From an uncultured Nitrososphaerota archaeon (GTDB lineage: Archaea > Thermoproteota > Nitrososphaeria > Conexivisphaerales > DTJL01), in the NCBI GenBank assembly GCA_963842885.1, contig CAWJIE010000005.1, positions 288,001 to 352,000 of the forward strand: DNA of 64,000 bases, given 5' to 3'. Below the pieces are notes generated by a model. It was not told the origin of the DNA. It did no database searches and was given only the letters and a program-made list of their open reading frames with translations. How positions within the stretch are numbered: position 1 is the first letter of the stretch; every line of letters begins with the position of its first letter. Made by a program: the position numbers and the translations under genes. Positions 10,259-18,399 of the stretch are shown here, piece after piece.

Positions 10259-10473
10259 AGAGAGAACATAACGAAGAGGAAGAGGGGTATTTCACCTTCG
10301 AATGGGTCTGCCGCGACCCCGCCTGCTTCGATGAGGGGCACCTACACAGGAAGCGCATCAGTGCCCCGACCCTGGAGAAGGCCAAGGCGATAGCGAAGCT
10401 TCTGTCCATCCCCGACAACGCGAAGGTCATCGAAGAGGAAGAGCGGATGCTCAAGATGGCCATCGTATGGTGA
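10255..10473 (+). CDS. 72-aa hypothetical protein, paralog 1
   Basis: FTFEWVCRDPACFDEGHLHRKR...SIPDNAKVIEE; close paralog at 15814. Confidence 0.8.
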   Translation: MKREHNEEEEGYFTFEWVCRDPACFDEGHLHRKRISAPTLEKAKAIAKLLSIPDNAKVIEEEERMLKMAIVW

Positions 10474-10646
10474 ACCCCTGGAAGTCATTGCGGTTCCTTT
10501 CGGCCAGATGAGACAAGGATTAGCACGCCGGCTTCAAAGAATTGAAAGTCCGACCCGAGCCAATTAAGGGGCCAAGGTTGCCGGCACCAGCGATTCCCCT
10601 TGACCGATTCATAACGCTTAAACGTTCTACTCATTCTCTTGTCCTT

Positions 10647-11714
10647 ATGATTCCGGAAACAGCTTCGAACGCCGGGGAGCCGGAGTTTCGAAGAACTGAT
10701 TCGAAGAAGGTCGTTCTGGCAGTGTTGACGATTGTGGTGATAGCACTGGGCAGCGGGCTTGGCTATGTCTTGGTACAGTCGTCAAATGAGACTGGGAATC
10801 TGAATCAGACCATCACCTCCCAAAATCAGACCATCGCCTCCCAGAATCAGACCATCACCTCCCAAAATCAGACCATCGCCTCTCAGGAGCAGACACTCGC
10901 TTCACAACGTCAGGCCATCGTTTCCCAGAACTCCGAGATCTCGAGCCAGGCGGCACAGATAGCCAGCGATGGCGCAGAGGTGGCCAGCCTTAATTCCACG
11001 ATTTCCTCCCTTCAGTCCCAATACGCGAGCGATATTGCGCAGTTTGCCAACCTGACTTCGACCATCTCTTCGCTTCAGTCCCAGCTGGAGAGCGACAATG
11101 CACAGGTTGCCAACCTGACTTTGACCATCTCGTCGCTTCAGTCCGAAGTCACGTTGCTAGAGTCTGAGACTACGACCAACGAATCCGAGTTGGCCGCGCT
11201 GATCGCAGGGTACGCTCAGGCCAACCAAACGATCGCAACGCTAGATTCCCAGGCGGCAGCCCTCAACTCGCAGATCGCCATTTTGAACTCTCAGATTGCC
11301 GTCTATCAGGCCCAGGTCTCGTCTCTGAGCAGCCAGGTTTCTTCTCTGCAGGCCATGATCGGACTCTCGAACTCTACCCTGGAACTGAGTCAAGGAACCT
11401 TTTCCACGGGGTCGACGGAAGAAGTGCAGGTAGCCTCCTTTACAACCAGTTATGCCGGCTACATCGCCGTGAGGGTGTCGTCACCAACCGACTACGCAAA
11501 CGAGGGGATTCAGATATACAACAAGTTTGCCTCGAACATCGTGTCACCAAATTACGACAGCGAGTACCTTCCTATGCCTTACTACTTCTTTGACTTCTCC
11601 TCCGCTTCAGACACCCTGATATTCCCCGTGCTCCCGGGTAGCGTCACCGTATACCTTATGACCTCGGACACATCCGCCCAGAGTGCGGTCCTTTCGGTGA
11701 CCTACTACTATTGA
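10647..11714 (+). CDS. Membrane-anchored coiled-coil surface protein with C-terminal beta-rich domain
   Basis: One N-terminal TM helix, long Q/S/N heptad coiled coil, many N-x-S/T sequons; ORF track 10542-11714, ATG at 10647 preferred. Confidence 0.8.
   Translation: MIPETASNAGEPEFRRTDSKKVVLAVLTIVVIALGSGLGYVLVQSSNETGNLNQTITSQNQTIASQNQTITSQNQTIASQEQTLASQRQAIVSQNSEISSQAAQIASDGAEVASLNSTISSLQSQYASDIAQFANLTSTISSLQSQLESDNAQVANLTLTISSLQSEVTLLESETTTNESELAALIAGYAQANQTIATLDSQAAALNSQIAILNSQIAVYQAQVSSLSSQVSSLQAMIGLSNSTLELSQGTFSTGSTEEVQVASFTTSYAGYIAVRVSSPTDYANEGIQIYNKFASNIVSPNYDSEYLPMPYYFFDFSSASDTLIFPVLPGSVTVYLMTSDTSAQSAVLSVTYYY
10803..10886 (+). repeat. Four 21-bp tandem repeats encoding NQTI(T/A)SQ
   Basis: AATCAGACCATC(A/G)CCTC(C/T)CA(A/G) x4; 63-bp (21-aa) repeats follow near 11043 and 11106. 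Confidence 0.9.
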
Positions 11715-12310
11715 ATCTGTTCGTTTATTGTCGCTGGTCTCCGACCGAGGGTGAGCCTTAGGCAGCTCGTCCTGGCTTGAACCTGATGCCTGAAGTCCTA
11801 GCGCGGCCCCCGGACTTGGTGAGGCGAGGTGTGAAAGACGCATCGAGAGGAAATCGACTATGAAGAGGGTGATTTGGGTGGGCTTCCTTTTGGCGGTCCT
11901 CATATCGACTTCAGGCCATGGTTCCTGGGGAGCTATGTGACGAAGCCTCCGGGAACGTGGTTCATGATCTATTCCCTCGTGGACAGTACCCTGCTGACCT
12001 CCGATGCCGACATCCTTTGAGTCGCCGAGCGATCTGTCGGCGCTGGTTGGCGGGCTGTGAACGTTGTGCCACTGGCCTGCGCCAAGGGAGGCACCCCGAG
12101 TTGTTCGGTTGTCAAATGCTGTGGGATTTCCACCGCGGACGCTCCTTGCCGGTGGAGACAGGCCTTCTATCTCAGATGGCCAAATCGAAGTTTCGCCCAC
12201 AGTCTTCCCGACGCCGGAGTCTAGCCCGGCTGACAAATTCTTCAGCTCGTCTCCAGGCTGAATCCCGCCCACCCCTGCCCCATGGCGAGCGCTAGCCGGC
12301 GGTTTGATGC

Positions 12311-12397
12311 ATCTGAGGAATCTGAGACATTTGCTGAGGCATCTGAGATATTTGCTGATGATGAGGAATATGAGACGAACTACGTCAAAATGAGACG
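12311..12397. repeat. Cluster of short direct repeats (ATCTGAG / TGAGAY)
   Basis: ATCTGAG at 12311, 12320 and 12341; TGAGAC at 12323, 12371 and 12391; inverted ATCTCAGAT at 12169. Confidence 0.5.
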
Positions 12398-12577
12398 TTG
12401 GGCTTCCATCGAAGGCCCAATCCTCCCGCCTGGCCACCCTCTCTGTCGTTTCGTGCTGCAAAGTTCGCTTCTCTTGAGGTCGTCGGGAGGACACAGCGCC
12501 ATCGCCCCAGGCCTGTTCTCGATTTCTGTCGTCCCATGGCAACTGAGTTTAATAGGATGAGGGGCCATCTGGGAATT

Positions 12578-14209
12578 GTGCCGCCGCCGATACCCCTCGA
12601 AGTCAAGATAAGCATTCTGCGGAAGCATTTCGAGGGGTACGAAAACGAGGAGATACCTCATGGCAGGACGAAGGGCGGTGGCACTGTCACGAACGTCTTA
12701 AAGGAGTTTGAGAGTGAAGCTATGGTAGATTGGGAGGACGCGATAGATAAGTACGAAGTCAGAGATTTACTGGAGAACCTCTACGACCTGTCCAAGGCCT
12801 TGAAGGAGGCCGACGTCGCCCCCGAGGAGGCGATCGAAGGCGTCGAATTGGCCTCGACCCTGAAGGAGGCTGGCGTGACTCAGAAGCAGACGGAGTCATT
12901 CCTGAAGAAGCTGGTCAGGCAGGAGTCGAAGTATCCGGTCGATGTGATAGTGAAGGGGGCCGCCGAGCTCTACGACCTCGAGCTGGCCTACAAGAAGAAG
13001 TACCCGACCCTCCTGCATGACTTCAAGGCCAAGGGGGAGGAGTACAGGAAGCTGGAGGATTCCGTGGAGGTTCTCGGTGGGCAGAAGAGGGAGGCGGCTG
13101 CCGAGCTCGATAAGACTCTGCGTGCGAACGAGGTCACGAGGACGGACCTCAAGCAGTTCGTGGAGGCAAGGGATACGCTGCAGCGCTGCGGGGTGACGGT
13201 CGACGACCTGCCCAAGGTCGGGAGGATCATCGTCAACATGAAGGAGGGGGGGTTCGACGTGAAGAAGGTCATCGAGAGCTTCTCTCAGGAGCAGTCCCTC
13301 AAAGTGAGGACCGCCAGCGCCCAGTCCGAGCTGGCAGCCCTCGAGAGCAGGAAGGCCCCCCTCGAAGAGGCAAGAGAGCTCTACGAGAGGTTGACGTCCT
13401 ACGGATTCTCCATCGAATACATGAGTGCTCTGGCGAAGATAGCGTCGCATTACAAGGAGCCCGCAAAGTTCGCATCCGAGGTGGCCCAGGCCTACCAAGA
13501 ATATGGCCAACTCCTCGGCTTGATGGGCAAGCTGCATGGGCTTCAGGAGGAGATGATGATTATGGAGCTCAGTAAGCAAAGGGAGGAGGAGAAGAGCAAG
13601 CTCTCAAGGGCGGCTATCGCATCGATGCTCGAGCTGAAGAACCACGGCATCAAGGAGAACGAAATCGTGCTGATAGACGAAGTGATCAAGCAATACAAGA
13701 CCACCGAAGAGACGCTGGAGGCCATCTCGAGGCTGATGAAGCTGGACAACCTCTCTCAGCTGATTGACGAGAAGGCGGCCGAGCTCAGGGAGGTCAAAGG
13801 CCAGCTCGTCCAAGCGAACGCGAATATGGAGGCCCTTGATTCCCGGATGGACTCTCTCGAGGACCGGCTCGGGAGTCTTCCGGATGCATTGGCCACGGCT
13901 GAGGGGTTCATCGTGAGCACCCAGGAGTCCTACACCAAGAAGGCAGAAGAGATGGTGAGGACGGCGGTGGAGGCGGGCAAGAAGTACCAAGAGCGGATCC
14001 AGGAATACGAGTCCAAGAAGCAGTACATCCTCCTCGCCGTCCTTCTCGATAGGCCCTCGGAGGCGGACAGGGCATTTGTGAAGGCCTTCACTCTGGAGTA
14101 CCTGGACAAGATGTTGAAGTGGGCAGCCACAGCCAAAGGCGTAGTCAGCCCCTTGAACCTGCAGGGCGCGATCAAGGAGTTCCGGGGTGCGGTGGAAAAG
14201 CTCGCTTGA
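12578..14209 (+). CDS. Long coiled-coil protein with putative N-terminal HTH
   Basis: ORF 12398-14209; GTG start about 30 nt after TTTAATA; N-terminus 'KISILRKHFEGYENEEI...GGTVTNVLKEF' is HTH-like, remainder is E/K-rich coiled coil. Confidence 0.75.
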   Translation: MPPPIPLEVKISILRKHFEGYENEEIPHGRTKGGGTVTNVLKEFESEAMVDWEDAIDKYEVRDLLENLYDLSKALKEADVAPEEAIEGVELASTLKEAGVTQKQTESFLKKLVRQESKYPVDVIVKGAAELYDLELAYKKKYPTLLHDFKAKGEEYRKLEDSVEVLGGQKREAAAELDKTLRANEVTRTDLKQFVEARDTLQRCGVTVDDLPKVGRIIVNMKEGGFDVKKVIESFSQEQSLKVRTASAQSELAALESRKAPLEEARELYERLTSYGFSIEYMSALAKIASHYKEPAKFASEVAQAYQEYGQLLGLMGKLHGLQEEMMIMELSKQREEEKSKLSRAAIASMLELKNHGIKENEIVLIDEVIKQYKTTEETLEAISRLMKLDNLSQLIDEKAAELREVKGQLVQANANMEALDSRMDSLEDRLGSLPDALATAEGFIVSTQESYTKKAEEMVRTAVEAGKKYQERIQEYESKKQYILLAVLLDRPSEADRAFVKAFTLEYLDKMLKWAATAKGVVSPLNLQGAIKEFRGAVEKLA

Positions 14210-14877
14210 CACAGGGAGACCTCGTAATCGAGTATTCTGAGGCCCTGGACATGTATGTCGGCGCCTTCGGTTGGCTGGACGTGCTCCTTGCGCACACATC
14301 GGAGGCAATCCGCCGGTACGGGTCGCGAGAATTTGACGACAGTTGCTCTAGGGCTCAGGAAGCGGCGATGCTCATGGTTGAAGAGGAGCGACAAATGAAG
14401 GCCAACGACCAGACGGTCGATAAGCTAATGAAGATCTATGGAGACCTTTCGGGGGCTCGAGTCGAGGGTGAAGCCCCAAGGGTGGCTGCCAACATCAAAG
14501 AGGTCTTCGGGACTCCCAAGGCGAAGACCTATAGCAACGTCAAGCTGCTGGTGACGAGGGACGCGGTGGAGGCGGTCAACATCAGCGCGAAGTCTAGGGG
14601 CTCCGGCCTTGCCGAGGAGGAGGTCGAGCAGGAACAGCGGGCTCGAGGTGACCTCGTCGCCTTGGAGGAACTGGAGGCGTTCAGAAAGGAAGTCCGCCTG
14701 CACGTGTTCTTGGATGATGACGGGAGCGGTCACTTCATCTGCCCCAACTGCGATTCCGTCTTCAGCGACAGGTGCCGCACCTGTGGCAAGACCAGGGAGG
14801 AGCTCCTTGGTGGCGCACAGGTCCTCAAATCAGACAGAGCAATTGCTGTGAGAGGGTCCGGTCCCGTCAGCGGTTAG
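14206..14877 (+). CDS. Hypothetical protein with C-terminal Zn finger
   Basis: TTG start overlaps the upstream stop (TTGA); CPNC...CRTCG. Confidence 0.7.
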   Translation: MTQGDLVIEYSEALDMYVGAFGWLDVLLAHTSEAIRRYGSREFDDSCSRAQEAAMLMVEEERQMKANDQTVDKLMKIYGDLSGARVEGEAPRVAANIKEVFGTPKAKTYSNVKLLVTRDAVEAVNISAKSRGSGLAEEEVEQEQRARGDLVALEELEAFRKEVRLHVFLDDDGSGHFICPNCDSVFSDRCRTCGKTREELLGGAQVLKSDRAIAVRGSGPVSG

Positions 14878-15067
14878 CACCGGGCTCCTGCACCAAAGTC
14901 CTTTCGCAGCACTACTTGGCCGGCAACGGCCACGCCGCACCCAAATCCAGTAGCGGCCTTCTCTGTTTGAACAAAGAGCTCAGTGGGTTTCTCACATGAC
15001 GCATTAGCTAGCGTAACCGTTAAAAAGTGGGGACTGTCACATCTCGCGTAGAATCAGGTTAATTCAA

Positions 15068-15352
15068 ATGGCCAAGGATCAGTCTCTGGGCGCGCTCATC
15101 CTCGTCGTCAGCATCATCGGCATCATACTCTATGGCTATCTGGTCTTCTTCTGGAGGTCTCTAGTGGTCTTGGAGGTCACGGCCTTCCTGGCCATCCTCG
15201 GCGTGCTGGGCATCCTCGCCTGGATAGGTTACACTCTGGCCACCACACCGCCTCCGCAGCCCATAGAGGAGATCGAGAAGGAGCTGCAGGAGGAGGCGAA
15301 GAAGGCCTCAGGGGAGGCGGCGCCTGCATCCCCTCCCCCGACGCAGAAGTAG
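15068..15352 (+). CDS. Conserved archaeal two-TM small membrane protein (TPPP.PIEEIEKE family)
   Basis: Two hydrophobic helices + 'AWIGYTLATTPPPQPIEEIEKEL'; promoter-like CCGTTAAAAA upstream. Confidence 0.85.
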   Translation: MAKDQSLGALILVVSIIGIILYGYLVFFWRSLVVLEVTAFLAILGVLGILAWIGYTLATTPPPQPIEEIEKELQEEAKKASGEAAPASPPPTQK

Positions 15353-15546
15353 GAACTCATACCATTGTTGACTCCTCCGCTCCAGCGTCAGGACTGTCTG
15401 ATGCCAGGGGCTCCGCGGCAGGATTCAGTCTTCAGCTCCAGACCTGAGTGATGGCGCCCAAGAGCTGCGACATCGACAATGCCAGGGTGGCCTCTGAGGG
15501 CTCGTGATGGATGGCTCGTGTAGATGCTGTGAATTTGGTAGATAAT

Positions 15547-15616
15547 GGTTACGCTTTTAGATTATTAGACGCCCGAAAAATCCTACAAACCCCTTAGGTC
15601 GAGTCAGCCGTTAAAA
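15547..15616 (+). promoter_or_regulatory. Conserved ~70-bp upstream element, copy C
   Basis: GGTTACGCTTTTAGATTATT...GGTCGAGTCAGCCGTTAAAA, more diverged than copies A and B. Confidence 0.5.
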
Positions 15617-15652
15617 GGGCTTGGCGACAGCCTACTGTCAGGAGCGGGTGCA

Positions 15653-15817
15653 ATGCCGAGGGTGAAGAATGTTGTCGCAGCCCTTGTCCTAGCAACGCGA
15701 AGGAACCTTGTGGAGCTGAGGCTCCAGATGAGGTACATCCGCCCGCCCATGACCTGCTGGCCTTTCATCACAGTCAGCGGCTGGGCTGAGAAGGGTCTAT
15801 CGGAGGGAACCACTTGA
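15653..15817 (+). CDS. Small ORF (54 aa) coupled to the 72-aa gene
   Basis: ...LVELRLQMRYIRPPMTCWPFITVSGW...; TTGA overlap with 15814. Confidence 0.5.
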   Translation: MPRVKNVVAALVLATRRNLVELRLQMRYIRPPMTCWPFITVSGWAEKGLSEGTT

Positions 15818-16032
15818 CCAAGGAGATGGAAGAAGTAAGAAACAACTTCTTCACCTTCGAATGGATCTGTCGCGACCCCGCCTGCGTGGACGAGGGTTAC
15901 CTCCACAGGAAGCGGGTCAGGGCGCAGAGCCTAGAGAGGGCCAGATCCCTGGCGCAGAAGATGAGCATCCCCCAGGACGCCAAGGTAATTGAAGAGGTCG
16001 AGGAGAAGCTCAAGATGCTTATCCTCTGGTGA
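15814..16032 (+). CDS. 72-aa hypothetical protein, paralog 2
   Basis: FTFEWICRDPACVDEGYLHRKR...SIPQDAKVIEE. Confidence 0.8.
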   Translation: MTKEMEEVRNNFFTFEWICRDPACVDEGYLHRKRVRAQSLERARSLAQKMSIPQDAKVIEEVEEKLKMLILW

Positions 16033-16264
16033 GCCGTAGCCTTAGGGCTTTCGATACAGTCCTGCAGCGTGTTCGTCTGGCGCCAGAGCCTGAAACGACG
16101 AGCCACTTGCCCGGCCGTCGAATCATCCTCTGCTTTTCGGACTTTGCTTCCTTAGTGAAGCGCTCACGATGGACAGGCCACGGCTGTCGCTCGCCCGAAT
16201 GAAAGACCATCCAAGTTGCAGGATCCTTTTTGCATATCCGATACAACCGACGGTGAAGAACGAA

Positions 16265-16328
16265 TGGCTGGCCCGGTGGGATCAGTATCCGTCTGGGTTC
16301 GTTATTGAACTCGTTTCAATCAGATTCC
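16265..16328. repeat. att-like recombination site copy 3
   Basis: TGGCTGGCCCGGTGGGAT (17/18 to tRNA end) followed by CAGTATCCGTCTGGGTTCGTTATTGAACTCGTTTCAATCAGATTCC. Confidence 0.8.
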
Positions 16329-16479
16329 AGAAGGCAATCGAAGGTCCAGTCTTCTATCACGAGTCAAGCCGGCACACTCCAAATCGTAGCCAATGCATCC
16401 AAGGTTGTTCTATGGTTTAAGCGCGATTGAGGAACCAAACACAAGGAAGCAACAAGTGATGTATCTGAGGATCCCCAGC

Positions 16480-16773
16480 CTAGACCATTCCAAATGTGAT
16501 TTGAGCGAGCAGTATCAGAAGCACTAGCGAAACTATGAAGATTAACGATAATACCTTCCATCCTTTACTCATTCCTGAACCCCATATCAAGCCCAAACCG
16601 AAGGCTGTGAATCCGAGAGCGATGTCTTCATGATGCAAGACATCCTTCACTTGTATTAGGATTCCTATCTCGAAGTATTGTAGCAGCAAGACAACCCACG
16701 CCACCAAGAAACAGAACGTAGCAGCTATGGCCACCCTATTCGAACCCCGGCCCCCATGCCAAAAGCGCATCAT
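16480..16773 (-). CDS. Small three-TM membrane protein
   Basis: Three hydrophobic segments with 'LHHE' between helices 1 and 2. Confidence 0.6.
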   Translation of the reverse strand: MMRFWHGGRGSNRVAIAATFCFLVAWVVLLLQYFEIGILIQVKDVLHHEDIALGFTAFGLGLIWGSGMSKGWKVLSLIFIVSLVLLILLAQITFGMV

Positions 16774-16839
16774 GAATGAAATCTGACAGGGGAATGCAGA
16801 TAAAGATTGCCGAGCCTGCCTAGGAGCATCCATCTGACT

Positions 16840-17073
16840 ATCTGCCCGCTCCTTCTGAGAATCGCATGTACTCGTTGGTGGCGAGGGTAGCCCACTGGTT
16901 ATCCACCTTAGCCCTCCTCGCAAAGCTGGAGGCACCTGCACTGAACGTCGAGCCTTCTACCTTGATGTGCTTGAGGAAGAGGTCCAGCCTTCTTTCGCGT
17001 ATTCCTCCTTCGTGACCGAGGAATTCGTGGCGTCATGGAACTCTGTCAAAGGGTCCGTCTGTTCCGGCTCCAC
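16840..17073 (-). pseudogene. 5' remnant of a second integrase gene
   Basis: DNA collinear with 6345-6614 (e.g. CTTGATGTGCyTGAGGAAGAGGTCCAGCCT, CCGGCTCCACAACCT) and likewise abutting an att/tRNA end. Confidence 0.85.
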
Positions 17074-17114
17074 AACCTCAGTAGCTAAGGAATCCTATCT
17101 AGGAACTCAAACAG

Positions 17115-17193
17115 TGGCGGGCCCGGTGGGATTCGAACCCACGACCACGAGCTTCGGAGGCTCGCACCCTAATCCAGACTAGGCTACGGGTCC
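17115..17193 (-). tRNA. tRNA-Arg (anticodon CCG), CCA encoded
   Basis: Anticodon arm CGAGC-CTCCGAA-GCTCG, T-arm GTGGG-TTCGAAT-CCCAC, 3' end G-CCA; A3-C70 mismatch in the acceptor stem. Confidence 0.95.
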
Positions 17194-17326
17194 AACATGG
17201 GGTACAAAGCGCACCTTGAAATGCTTTGGCCCTGGGATCGTGGGCTAATGACCTCCGGCGCCCATCGTCGTCACATGAATTGGCGGCTCGATCGCAGCTG
17301 TCTCCCTACGATTTGCCTTTCCAACT

Positions 17327-18385
17327 ATGAAACGTCTCGCGGCCCACCAAAAGTTAAATAGCCCTGCGAGTGTCCTAGCTACGGATTTGAAGGGGCTGAA
17401 CGCGGAGTCCGAGCTCTCGATGTCTTGGGTCGTTCGGAACTTCGCCTACGAGAAGCTCACCAAGGTAGTCTCCATCCAGGAGAGGTTCTCGAACCACTAC
17501 TTCTTCGATCCGCCCATCGACAAGGAGATAACCGTCCCCTTCGCCAACATCCTCAACGCGCTCACAGTCCTCGAGAACTGGGGCTACATGAGCAGCTCGA
17601 AGTCCGTCACGCGCTACTGCGTCGAATGCTTCACCATGGGGCTCAACGTGGCCGGGAGGTGCCCCTTCTGCGGCTCCACTCGCATCAGGAAGGGGAAGAT
17701 CTTCGCCCACAAGTGCGGCTACAGGGGGTTCGAGGAGATCTTCCGCATGGGCGACAAGTGGGTCTGCCCGAAGTGCCAGAAGCAGCTCTACATGGAGGGA
17801 GGCGACTACAAGGACGAAGGAGGCCAGTTCAAGTGCATGACCTGCGGGAACATCTTCGAGAAGTTCGCCACCTTCTACCAGTGCCCCAACTGCCACACCT
17901 ACTACGAAGAGGAGCAGGCGCCCTCCATCGAGTTCATCACCTACAGCCCCACCAACACCATGATCACCAGGAAGGCGACCCTGAAGAGCGCCTACAACGT
18001 CACCGAGAGGGTGGCCCAGTACCTGCAGAAGTCCGGCTTCGAGCCGAAGATGTATTCGCTGATGGAGATGAAGGAGGAGTTCTTCTTCTGGGACGTGATA
18101 GCGAAGAAGGAGGCCAACGAGCCGGGGGCCGCCATAGGCGTGAACACCCTCCCGCTCTTCGACATCATCGACGAGGACTTCGTCAAGGAGCTCATCGAGA
18201 AGAAGGAGAGGTGCGACTTCCACTCGGTCCTCTACATCACGCCCGCCCAGGTGGCGAAGGAGTTCGTCGCGAAGCTGAAGGCCAAGAACATCTTCATCGT
18301 GGACCCCAGGTTCGAGACTCTCATGAATGAGGAGGTCCTGAAGGAATACATCAGTCCGCTGCTTAAGGTGGACAAGGGGCGCTGA
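17327..18385 (+). CDS. TackOD1 (thaumarchaeal output domain 1) multi-Zn-finger protein with possible nuclease-fold C-terminal domain; true start probably 17387 or 17420
   Basis: CVEC, CPFCGS, HKCGY.G.EE.F, CPKCQKQL...GGDY, CMTCG..F, CPNC series. Confidence 0.75.
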   Translation: MKRLAAHQKLNSPASVLATDLKGLNAESELSMSWVVRNFAYEKLTKVVSIQERFSNHYFFDPPIDKEITVPFANILNALTVLENWGYMSSSKSVTRYCVECFTMGLNVAGRCPFCGSTRIRKGKIFAHKCGYRGFEEIFRMGDKWVCPKCQKQLYMEGGDYKDEGGQFKCMTCGNIFEKFATFYQCPNCHTYYEEEQAPSIEFITYSPTNTMITRKATLKSAYNVTERVAQYLQKSGFEPKMYSLMEMKEEFFFWDVIAKKEANEPGAAIGVNTLPLFDIIDEDFVKELIEKKERCDFHSVLYITPAQVAKEFVAKLKAKNIFIVDPRFETLMNEEVLKEYISPLLKVDKGR

Positions 18386-18399
18386 CGCGCCCCCCGATT

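Larger units (their letters stand above)
3383..17133 (-). mobile_element. Tandem array of integrative elements/cassettes at tRNA-Arg(CCG); the island probably extends further left
   Basis: Four copies of the tRNA 3' end (3383, 6615, 16265, 17115), a tyrosine integrase plus an integrase remnant, repeated modules and accessory cargo. Confidence 0.8.

Noticed and set aside
10498-10550. Possible fourth, highly degenerate att site after module B (GGATTAGCAC)
   Set aside because: Only about 10 bp match and the spacing to GGTTC/GATTCC is not preserved; needs a profile search.
10803-12397. Short repeats as a CRISPR array
   Set aside because: No unique spacers of regular length and no cas genes; the first set is coding.
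11607-12560. ORFs 11607-12542(-), 11918-12295(+) and a short signal-peptide-like ORF at 11860
   Set aside because: No recognisable motifs; likely shadow ORFs or decayed sequence.
5406-17193. SSV1-type split integrase
   Set aside because: The att site lies upstream of the integrase start, and both pieces include the same 5' region rather than complementary N and C halves.
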